From positions 78,530-142,529 of the forward strand of contig CAYYSJ010000001.1 of assembly GCA_964474445.1 (NCBI GenBank): DNA of 64,000 nucleotides, in the 5' to 3' direction. A model generated the notes under the pieces. It was not told the origin of the DNA. It saw only the letters and a list, made by a program, of their open reading frames with translations, and did no database searches. The position numbers and the translations under genes are program-made. Source of the stretch: an uncultured Gammaproteobacteria bacterium (GTDB lineage Bacteria > Patescibacteriota > Microgenomatia > Levybacterales > UBA12049). Below, one piece after another: positions 47,600-55,977 of the stretch (its first letter is position 1; the number at the start of each line of letters is the position of its first letter).

Positions 47600-48742
47600 C
47601 TAGCCAACTGTGAGAGATTGAGGCAAAACAATAGAAAATGTAGAGCCCTTTCCCTTTTGGCTCTTAACCAAAATTTCCCCTTTATAATGTTCAACAATTT
47701 CTTTTGCTAAGTGAAGTCCTAATCCAAGACCGGTACCAAATTTTTTTGCTTCATCTTCACGGTAAAATTTCTCAAAGATGTTTGCTTGGTTTTTTTTTGC
47801 TATCCCTATGCCCTTGTCTTGTACAGAAATGGTAACAGTATCTTTGTCTTTTTTAATGGAAACAATAACAGTTTTATGCTTAGGGGAATATTTTATGGCA
47901 TTTAGTAAAAGGTTTGTGATAAGTTGTTTCAGTCTTGCTTTATCAACATGTATAAGCTGAAGATGAGCTCTTTTCTCAAAAACTATTTTATGATCATGAT
48001 TTGTTACTTGGACAGCGTCAATAACTTCTTGGAGAAATTCATCTATATATATCGTGTCTGTATTATGAAATGGTAATTTTCCAATTGCGATTCTGGAAGT
48101 ATCTAAGATATCTTGCAGTAAGCGCGATAACATATCAACTTGTGAAAGAGCGTTCGTTATAATAGGTGCTAATTCACTGTCTCCTCTTTTTGATAGTTTC
48201 ATTTGCAGAAGTTGCAGATAGGCTTTTATACTTGCTATAGGGGTTTTTAATTCGTGTCCAGCTAGGCTCAGGAATTCTTCTCGTTTTTTTTCTATTTCAA
48301 TTTGTTGAGTAATATCAACAACAATTTTTGAAAACCCTTTGAGTTTATTATCATTTCCCCATAACGCAGTAACAATACATCGAATAAAAATCTTCTTTTT
48401 ATTTTTGTTCACTGTTTCTGTTATATGTTCATATTGACCTTTTTTGATAGCAATCTCTATATCTTTTTGTAAATGGCCACTTTTGACCATTTCAGGAAAA
48501 AGCATTGCAAGAGACTTCCCTACAGCCTCTTTTGCTGTATATCCAAAGAGATATTGGGCTGCTAAATTCCAACTTGTAATGACTCCTTTTGTATCTAAAG
48601 TAAAAATCGCATAGTCTTGTATACGCTGAAGCATGAGCATAAACAAATCAGTATAATTTTTTTGTATCACGCTTTCTCCTGTCAAAACGATAGGAGAAGA
48701 ATGAGCTCCGGGGAATGTAAGTGAATCTAGTGCTTTAAACAT
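47600..48742 (-). CDS. Soluble PAS-domain sensor histidine kinase
   Basis: DYAIF.LD..G.I.SWN..A..LFGY, HELKTP, NLL.NAIKYS, D.GIGI, GLGLGL. Confidence 0.93.
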   Translation of the reverse strand: MFKALDSLTFPGAHSSPIVLTGESVIQKNYTDLFMLMLQRIQDYAIFTLDTKGVITSWNLAAQYLFGYTAKEAVGKSLAMLFPEMVKSGHLQKDIEIAIKKGQYEHITETVNKNKKKIFIRCIVTALWGNDNKLKGFSKIVVDITQQIEIEKKREEFLSLAGHELKTPIASIKAYLQLLQMKLSKRGDSELAPIITNALSQVDMLSRLLQDILDTSRIAIGKLPFHNTDTIYIDEFLQEVIDAVQVTNHDHKIVFEKRAHLQLIHVDKARLKQLITNLLLNAIKYSPKHKTVIVSIKKDKDTVTISVQDKGIGIAKKNQANIFEKFYREDEAKKFGTGLGLGLHLAKEIVEHYKGEILVKSQKGKGSTFSIVLPQSLTVG

Positions 48743-48849
48743 AGCTCCAACACAAGCTTTATATAACCATTACTGTGATTCCATTAAATAGTTGTAATAA
48801 TAGCGTAATAGGGTTTTAACTGAAGATGAGGAAAATTGAGGACTATTTC

Positions 48850-49083
48850 CTAGTTATTACCAGTTCTCCCTGTTTCAGGTTCCTGAGGTCGTTCTCTCTC
48901 TGGTCTATGGCCGTTTCTTCTATCTGGATCTTCTATTGGCGTGGGTGGTAATTGTGGCAAGGTCGGACCATCTTTACCAGGAATTCCTAATGGATTATGA
49001 GGATCTGATGGATCAGACTGGGCAATTAATCTTGGATATTTGTTTACTTTTTGGGTAACAATTTTTTCAAGACGCGTTACCAT
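48850..49083 (-). CDS. Small Pro-rich disordered hypothetical protein
   Basis: 77-aa ORF filling gap. Confidence 0.45.
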   Translation of the reverse strand: MVTRLEKIVTQKVNKYPRLIAQSDPSDPHNPLGIPGKDGPTLPQLPPTPIEDPDRRNGHRPERERPQEPETGRTGNN

Positions 49084-49147
49084 AATTCTTTTATTATCTG
49101 GATCATATGCTATATACGGAGGATAGTCAATGTGGATAGAGTACTTA

Positions 49148-50971
49148 TCAGTTTGACCTTCCAGAACGAACTCGATCTATTTTTGTCAGATATTTCTTTC
49201 GAGGACGTAAGTTGTGTGGTGTCACCTCTAACAATTCATCATCTTCCAAAAAGTCTAAGTATTGCTCAAGGCTCATGATAAGTGGAGGTGTAAGAATAGT
49301 CTTTACTCCTTCACCTTTTGAGCGCATATTGGTTTGTTTTTTCTCCTTGGTAACATTAATTTCTATATCATCTTGCCTATTTTGGAGTCCAACAATCATT
49401 CCTTCATACACTTCTACCCCTGGATCAATAAACGTAATGCCTCGTTCTTGTGCATTGCCAAGACCATATGCAAGTGCCTGGCCACCTTCTGAGGCAATAA
49501 GGACACCATTTCGTAATTTCTCAAGGTTTGGTGTGAGTTGTTGATATCCACTAAGCATCGTATTAACAACAGCTGTTCCCTTTGTGAGGGTAAGCAAGTC
49601 GCTTCTCACACCAAGAAGGTTTTTTGAAGGGATAGAGTACTCAAGGCGGGTATTCCCTTTGCCATCCTGCTCCATGTTAGACATAGCGCCTTTTCTCTGC
49701 CCTAATTCTTGAGTAATTGCGCCGACATATTCATCAGGAACATCAATAATAACATCCTCAACAGGTTCCATCTCCACTCCATCAACAATTTTTGTAATAA
49801 CCTGTGGTCTTCCGACTTCAAATTCATATCCCTCTCGACGTAGTGTTTCAATAAGGACAGATAAGTGTAGTTCTCCACGCCCGGATAGAATAAATCTATC
49901 CCCTACATTTTCAAGTCGTAAGGCAACATTTGTTTCAAGTTCTTTTTCCAGCCTTTCAAGAATTTGTCTAGATGTAGTAAATTTGCCTTCCCTTCCGGCA
50001 AAAGGAGAGGTATTTGGCCCAATAGCAATTTTAATTGTAGGTTCCTCAACACTAATTCTAGGTAATGCATCAGGAGAGGCAGGATCTGCAATCGTATCAC
50101 CAATTGTTGCATCAGCAATACCGGTAATATCCACTATTTCGCCTGGTTCGACTTCATCAACATCAATTTTTTTCAAGCCATACGTAATGGCAAGGCTATC
50201 AATACGTGCTGTTTTTGTACCGGATTCATGTAAAAGTGTTACTGCTGATCCTTTTTTTGCAAATCCTCTTTTAATTCGTCCTATCACATGCTTTCCTTTA
50301 TGTGAATCGTAATCGAGTGATGTCACAAGCATTTGGAAAGGGCCTTCTTCAGTTGTTGGAGCTGGAATGTATGCAATAATTTTTTCAAAGAGAGGAGTGA
50401 GAGAATCAGATGCGAGAGCTTCTTCTACAGTAAGTCCTGCCTTTCCTTCACGACCGATGGCATATACAATGGGAAATTCTAAGTGTTCGACATCCGTTGC
50501 TAATTCCAAAAATAAATCATTTGTTCGCTCAATTGTATGAGGAATATTTGCGAGTTGTTTATCTATTTTATTAATAACGACAATAATTTTTAGTCCTAAT
50601 TCGAGTGCTTTTTTTAATACGAATTTTGTTTGAGGCATTGGTCCTTCTTGTGCGTCAATAATAAGGAGTGCGCCATCTGCCATATTCAAGGTTCGCTCGA
50701 CTTCTCCTGAAAAGTCTGCATGGCCAGGAGTATCAATAATATTAATTTTTTTATCCTTATAGGAAATGCCGGTATTTTTTGCAAGAATTGTAATGCCTCG
50801 CTCTCGCTCCAGAGGATTTGAATCCAGAATCGTTGTCTGCTGCATAACTTCTTCATTCTCACGAAATGTATGTGATTGTTTGAGTAAAAAGTCCACTAAT
50901 GTTGTTTTCCCATGGTCAACATGAGCAATAACTGCAACATTTCTAATATTTTCCGGTGTTGTTGGATTCAT
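49148..50971 (-). CDS. typA: Translational GTPase TypA/BipA
   Basis: AHVDHGKTT, ERERGITI, DTPGHADF, GRGELHL, VYEGMIVG, DDELLEVTP. Confidence 0.97.
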   Translation of the reverse strand: MNPTTPENIRNVAVIAHVDHGKTTLVDFLLKQSHTFRENEEVMQQTTILDSNPLERERGITILAKNTGISYKDKKINIIDTPGHADFSGEVERTLNMADGALLIIDAQEGPMPQTKFVLKKALELGLKIIVVINKIDKQLANIPHTIERTNDLFLELATDVEHLEFPIVYAIGREGKAGLTVEEALASDSLTPLFEKIIAYIPAPTTEEGPFQMLVTSLDYDSHKGKHVIGRIKRGFAKKGSAVTLLHESGTKTARIDSLAITYGLKKIDVDEVEPGEIVDITGIADATIGDTIADPASPDALPRISVEEPTIKIAIGPNTSPFAGREGKFTTSRQILERLEKELETNVALRLENVGDRFILSGRGELHLSVLIETLRREGYEFEVGRPQVITKIVDGVEMEPVEDVIIDVPDEYVGAITQELGQRKGAMSNMEQDGKGNTRLEYSIPSKNLLGVRSDLLTLTKGTAVVNTMLSGYQQLTPNLEKLRNGVLIASEGGQALAYGLGNAQERGITFIDPGVEVYEGMIVGLQNRQDDIEINVTKEKKQTNMRSKGEGVKTILTPPLIMSLEQYLDFLEDDELLEVTPHNLRPRKKYLTKIDRVRSGRSN

Positions 50972-51072
50972 AATTTTAAAAAAAGCGCGAATCGATGCGC
51001 TCTTTCACTATTATACCACATTGTGGGCTTCTTCAAAAACATACCAAAATCTGGTATAGTGTGATTGCTCCC

Positions 51073-51996
51073 ATGAAACGAAATAGAACATTTCCATATG
51101 TACTTTTTGGGCTTTGTCTCCTTGCTGCATTTTCCTTAGGAATCATCCACAGGTCTCAAGACAAGCATGTCATTGCTGCTACACAAATGAAAAAGCCAGA
51201 CCCTATTTCCTACTGTACTGGGAATAATAGCTGTCAGAAAGGATCGTTAAGTATTTTCTCCAAGCCAAAACAAACGCAGGTTGCAGGAGCCTCCGATACT
51301 CATCCAAATGGATTCTGTTTACAGGTCCCTGTTTTGTTGTATCATCATGTGCAACCTCAATCTGTTGCACAGCAAAAAGGGCAAACCTCATTAAATGTAG
51401 ACAATGGTATTTTTGACCAACAAATGGGATATCTAGCTGCAAAAGGATATCAGACGATCAGTGCAGAACAATTAATTAATGCACTAGTTGCTCATACAAA
51501 ACTTCCTGCCAATAGTGTCGTTATTACTCTTGATGATGCATACTTAGATAATTACATCTATGCATATCCTATTTTTCAAAAATACCACCTCACAGCAAAC
51601 CTCATGATTCCAACAGGTCTTTTGGGTAATACCTCTGGGACAAACTCATATTTTAGCTGGGATCAATTAAAAGAAATGGTTGGAAGTGGGATAGTCTTTG
51701 CCTATAACCATACATGGTCTCATTTTGCGATGGGTGCTGGTCCACGAGAAAAGGATATTTTTGAAATTACGACAGCACAACAACAATTAAAAGACCATTT
51801 GGGGAAAGCGTATCCTCTCTTTGTTTATCCTTACGGATCTGGTCAGACAGTAGGATGGGTGCAAAATCTCGTCAAACAAAATGGTTTTCTTGCTGCATTT
51901 TCAACTCTTGGAGGAAGATTTCAGTGTGAAGGAAATATTTTTGTTCTTCCAAGAATTCATGTCGGAAATGCTCCTCTATCTGCTTACGGCATATAG
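51073..51996 (+). CDS. Membrane-anchored polysaccharide deacetylase (CE4)
   Basis: TM, QVAGA, PVLLYHH, TLDDAY, HTWSH, YPYG; start revised to MKRNR. Confidence 0.9.
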   Translation: MKRNRTFPYVLFGLCLLAAFSLGIIHRSQDKHVIAATQMKKPDPISYCTGNNSCQKGSLSIFSKPKQTQVAGASDTHPNGFCLQVPVLLYHHVQPQSVAQQKGQTSLNVDNGIFDQQMGYLAAKGYQTISAEQLINALVAHTKLPANSVVITLDDAYLDNYIYAYPIFQKYHLTANLMIPTGLLGNTSGTNSYFSWDQLKEMVGSGIVFAYNHTWSHFAMGAGPREKDIFEITTAQQQLKDHLGKAYPLFVYPYGSGQTVGWVQNLVKQNGFLAAFSTLGGRFQCEGNIFVLPRIHVGNAPLSAYGI

Positions 51997-52169
51997 TAGA
52001 TTGTTTCCTTGCCATCTTTGCCCCTCTTTGTTTACACCTTAAGCTTTATCTAATTCTAAAATCCTCTTTAGAAACAATAAACTTCTTCACTCCAAAAAAT
52101 CTTGATAAGCATGCAATATGGATTGGTCTATTGTTGATAATACCTTAAGATAAACCTTCGACAAGTAAT

Positions 52170-53522
52170 ATGAACTATTTGCAAGTAAATAGATCAACAC
52201 AGCAACTCATTCATTCTCACCTAGAGGTAGTAAGCCAATATATTCATAGCAGGTCATCGACAGTAGATGAAGCTATAGAAGAAATAGAAAAGAAAATGCT
52301 TCAAACCGTAGATAAGGAAATTGTGATGCTTATCATGCAAATAGTGCAAAAAAATAAAGAAAAAATCAATTTACCTAAAATAAAAAATAAGAAGAAGAAA
52401 AAATGGAATAACTCGTTTGATGTTCGATACTATGTTTCTCATATCATAAGTGAAATTATTCTTATAGGAGGTCTTCTCTATGAAGCTGAAATGCTTGGCA
52501 TTGTTCTTGATGTTGTAGAAGCAAAGCGCATTACTCGGTCGGAGTTATTTATAGAAGATATGTGTAAAGATATGTTAGAAGAATTTGCTAGGAAATATGG
52601 ATATCAGCAAGATTTTCTTTTTTCAGGGGTAATTATTCCTGAAAAGATTGATGTATACAATATCATTGCACAAACCATACAGGGTAAACCACAGAAATTA
52701 AAGCGCTCTCTTTTTGGGGTAGGTGGTCTCCGCTATGATACATCATACAATTATGTTCATGACATAAAAACATTTGTGTATACAAAAATTCTTATTGATC
52801 GTCGATATTACCCTGGTATATGGATATTTTATTTATTATCGCAATTACCCCTTGGAGAAATTCCTATATTGAAACCAACCTCTCAATTTTATTCTGAAAA
52901 ATTATTATTTTTGCAAAAAGAAATTCAAAGAATACAAAAAAAAGAATACAAATCTGTTACTATTCTTTGTAGCACAGAACTGCCCGATGCTATTTCTTAT
53001 TGGTCTTTCCTGCATTATGGCACACAAAAATATTTAGAACTTCCTTTAGCATTTCATTCTCCTTCTGATATTTTTGGGATGATGAAAAAAATTTTTGAAG
53101 ATAGAGCAGAAATTTCTTCCATGCTACCAATGATAGAAAAAAAACTTTCTTACTATTGGACATTTAATTCTATTCTCCATCTGCCATGGACAAATAAGCT
53201 CTCATACCTTTCACATCATCTCATAGGGAAAATACGAAATGAACAAGGAATGCATTGTATTCGTTATGGTGTTGGTCTTAAAAAAAGGAGTATTGAAATT
53301 AGGGAATATATGGTAGCAAAAGAGTCACATGTGCAACGCCTATACCAACTGAGATTTTACTTCAAAAGTCAATACTATAAGGGTGGGTATTCTTCATATT
53401 TTTTACAGCACCATGCGCTTCTTTGGAGACATATTGAAGATTATGGTTTTTTTGCTTCATTTCTCCCAGTTTTACAATGTAAAAATCCAAGACAGAAATT
53501 GCTCCAATTACTCTCTGCTTGA
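52170..53522 (+). CDS. Hypothetical 450-aa soluble protein
   Basis: Long ORF, no recognised family. Confidence 0.7.
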   Translation: MNYLQVNRSTQQLIHSHLEVVSQYIHSRSSTVDEAIEEIEKKMLQTVDKEIVMLIMQIVQKNKEKINLPKIKNKKKKKWNNSFDVRYYVSHIISEIILIGGLLYEAEMLGIVLDVVEAKRITRSELFIEDMCKDMLEEFARKYGYQQDFLFSGVIIPEKIDVYNIIAQTIQGKPQKLKRSLFGVGGLRYDTSYNYVHDIKTFVYTKILIDRRYYPGIWIFYLLSQLPLGEIPILKPTSQFYSEKLLFLQKEIQRIQKKEYKSVTILCSTELPDAISYWSFLHYGTQKYLELPLAFHSPSDIFGMMKKIFEDRAEISSMLPMIEKKLSYYWTFNSILHLPWTNKLSYLSHHLIGKIRNEQGMHCIRYGVGLKKRSIEIREYMVAKESHVQRLYQLRFYFKSQYYKGGYSSYFLQHHALLWRHIEDYGFFASFLPVLQCKNPRQKLLQLLSA

Positions 53523-53599
53523 TGCTCATGGCTGCTGCATTGTCTAGTTGCCTCTTTTTTAGTAACTTTTAAGAAATTAATCATAAAGGAGGTGATAAT

Positions 53600-53773
53600 A
53601 TGGTTTTTGAAGCAAAACACAGTCCTGCAGATATTGTCTCTGGAAGTGCTGTCTTAGACATTGGTCGGCTGAGAGTTCCTGCAGTTCCACGAATCCATGG
53701 TGTATATGCATTAACAGGTCCTAATCCTGATGGTACAGGCAGACCAGCGCCTCGAGGAGGTACTTACAAATAG
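53600..53773 (+). CDS. 57-aa peptide (not in ORF track)
   Basis: SD AAAGGAGGTGA directly upstream; MVFEAKHSPADIVSGSAVLDIGRLRVPAVPRIHGVYALTGPNPDGTGRPAPRGGTYK; followed by inverted repeat ACAAGGCAT..ATGCCTTGT (53791-53830). Confidence 0.75.
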   Translation: MVFEAKHSPADIVSGSAVLDIGRLRVPAVPRIHGVYALTGPNPDGTGRPAPRGGTYK

Positions 53774-53850
53774 TGGTTTTGTTAAACATAACAAGGCATG
53801 TTTCTATTTTGATATAGTGATATGCCTTGTCTATTTATATGAAATCTTTT

Positions 53851-53868
53851 ATAGTACGAGTGTACTAT
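53851..53868. promoter_or_regulatory. Putative LexA (SOS) box
   Basis: Palindrome ATAGTAC-GAGT-GTACTAT overlapping -10 TATAGT and the dinB start. Confidence 0.6.
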
Positions 53869-55105
53869 GGAAAAGATCATCCTTCATATAGATTTTGATT
53901 CTTTCTTTGCTTCAGTTGAACAACAATGTAATCCCTCTCTTCGTAACAGGCCTGTTGGAGTCACTGCTGCACATAGTCGGACTGCGATTATTGCTGCAAG
54001 TCGTGAAGCAAAAAGATTCGGAGTACGAGGTGGTAGTAATGCAAGGGAAGGCTTGCAGCTTTGCCCTCACCTTATTTTGATCCCAGCTCATTTTGTGCAG
54101 TATTTTGAAGTGTCAAAAAAATTCCTAATTATTTGTAAGCGTTACTCTCCTTTCATAGAAGTATTTTCTATAGATGAGTTATTTATGGATGTCACTCAGA
54201 CTGCTTCTCTTTTTGGTGGAGTAGATTCCCTGATGCAACATCTCAAAGAAGATATTGCAAAAGAAATTGGTGCGTATATTACTGTCTCCATTGGAGTATC
54301 TCACAACAAAATGCTTGCAAAAATGGCATCTGGTCTTGATAAACCAAATGGGATAACAAAAATTACAAGAGAAAACATTGATGAAATATATAGAAAAGCA
54401 GCATTAACTGATGTTTGTGGGATTGGATGGGCTATTTCGGAAAGACTGATGCGTATGGGGATTCGTACCTTACTGCATCTTCGGGCAGTCCCTTTTACAA
54501 CGCTCGTAGCAGAATTTGGACCCCATGAAGCACAGTTTCTACAGAATGTTGCGTATGCAAAAGACGAAACAGAAGTTGTCTCGTTTGGAAAAGCTCTAAC
54601 AACAAAGTCAGTGGGAAGAAATTATGCACTTCCAAACAACGAATATGACAAGACAAAAATTTTACAAACTATTTTTGAGCTGTGTGAAGAAGTTACCTTA
54701 AAATTACGTCGTTTAGAGAAAAAAACACGGCTTGTTGGCATGTTTTTGAGAGGAAACACCAATACAGGGGTACGAAAAACAATTCCTTTTTATCTTGATA
54801 CCGGGAAAGAGATGTTTTACGCACTCCTGGGTGAAACTCCAAAACTTTCAGAAAATCTTTCTTATGTAAGACAAGTCTCTGTATGGGCAGCCTCCTTGGA
54901 AGACGCTTCTTGTGTTACCCGTTCACTCTTTGATGTAAGTGGACAAAAAGAATATCTGACAAAAGCAATAGATACTCTTAACGAAAAATTTGGAGATCAC
55001 ACAATTCGAAACGGCTTTCTACTTACAGCACCAAAATTAACAACTGTTCCAAATGGGTTCTTAGCAGATAGATGGGATAGGTTACAACTCGCAAAAAGCT
55101 ATTAA
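53867..55105 (+). CDS. dinB: Y-family DNA polymerase IV
   Basis: ILHIDFDSFFASVEQ, AASREAK, FSIDE, NKMLAKMAS..KPNG, GIG. Confidence 0.94.
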   Translation: MEKIILHIDFDSFFASVEQQCNPSLRNRPVGVTAAHSRTAIIAASREAKRFGVRGGSNAREGLQLCPHLILIPAHFVQYFEVSKKFLIICKRYSPFIEVFSIDELFMDVTQTASLFGGVDSLMQHLKEDIAKEIGAYITVSIGVSHNKMLAKMASGLDKPNGITKITRENIDEIYRKAALTDVCGIGWAISERLMRMGIRTLLHLRAVPFTTLVAEFGPHEAQFLQNVAYAKDETEVVSFGKALTTKSVGRNYALPNNEYDKTKILQTIFELCEEVTLKLRRLEKKTRLVGMFLRGNTNTGVRKTIPFYLDTGKEMFYALLGETPKLSENLSYVRQVSVWAASLEDASCVTRSLFDVSGQKEYLTKAIDTLNEKFGDHTIRNGFLLTAPKLTTVPNGFLADRWDRLQLAKSY

Positions 55106-55112
55106 GTTGTAC

Positions 55113-55937
55113 TTATTCTTCATGATGATTGTGGTTTGCTAAAAATGCAGTTTCTTCTAAAATAGCTTGTTGTTTATCATCCGGAATACCCACTTCCAAT
55201 AGCATATGAGGGTTTTTGTGAAGCTCTTTGCACAAGACTACTTGTTTTTCCAATAATTGTTGTTTTTGAGCTGTTGAGAGAGTTGTAAGAGCAGTAATAG
55301 GATACATTTTTTCTTTTTCTACTATTTCTCGTAAACTTTTTCCTTCTGGATAACTCCAACTAATAACATCCATTCCCACACATTGGGCATATGCTATTGC
55401 ATCACTTGTTGCTTTTGTATTGGTAATAATTAGTGCCTTTGTAAAATGGTATCGTTCCTTAAGATCATCAAATCTGGATTTTGTGTAGAGCGATACATGC
55501 ACATCCGTTGTCGTTCCCGGACCATTATGGAATTTCGCTTCAACTAACATTTTTTCAGAGTCTTTTTCTGCAATAACATCGATTTCATGAGTTACACAAC
55601 TTCCCTGTAAGATCATACGGGTTTGGGTTGTGTACCCTTCTGTTTCCAAAAGACGTGCATAATAGTCTTCAAAAGGATATCCTGTTGGCCCAAGATCCAT
55701 AAGAGATTGTTTCAGGCTATATTTTGCCTTTGCGTATTTTGCAGGGGTTTTATCCAAAAATTCTAAGACGTGGTGATAAATTTCAGAAGTTGGAATGTTG
55801 TCATACAGTTTTTCTTGTACGTGTGAAAGCGTCTCTTGGTGAAGTTCTGGAGGAACACCCGCCCTTTTTATTGATCTGAGTAGTTTGCCTTCTGAAAATG
55901 CTTCTTTTTCCCCGTTTGCCTTGACAACAATAACCAT
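55113..55937 (-). CDS. ATP-cone domain fused to Mrr-like PD-(D/E)xK endonuclease domain
   Basis: VVKANG.KE.F...KL.RS ATP cone; LGPTGYPFE, HEIDVIA, VEAKFHN, IITNT. Confidence 0.82.
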   Translation of the reverse strand: MVIVVKANGEKEAFSEGKLLRSIKRAGVPPELHQETLSHVQEKLYDNIPTSEIYHHVLEFLDKTPAKYAKAKYSLKQSLMDLGPTGYPFEDYYARLLETEGYTTQTRMILQGSCVTHEIDVIAEKDSEKMLVEAKFHNGPGTTTDVHVSLYTKSRFDDLKERYHFTKALIITNTKATSDAIAYAQCVGMDVISWSYPEGKSLREIVEKEKMYPITALTTLSTAQKQQLLEKQVVLCKELHKNPHMLLEVGIPDDKQQAILEETAFLANHNHHEE

Positions 55938-55977
55938 ATTCTATTTGTAGCATGTTACATATCAGAAATAAAGTGTA

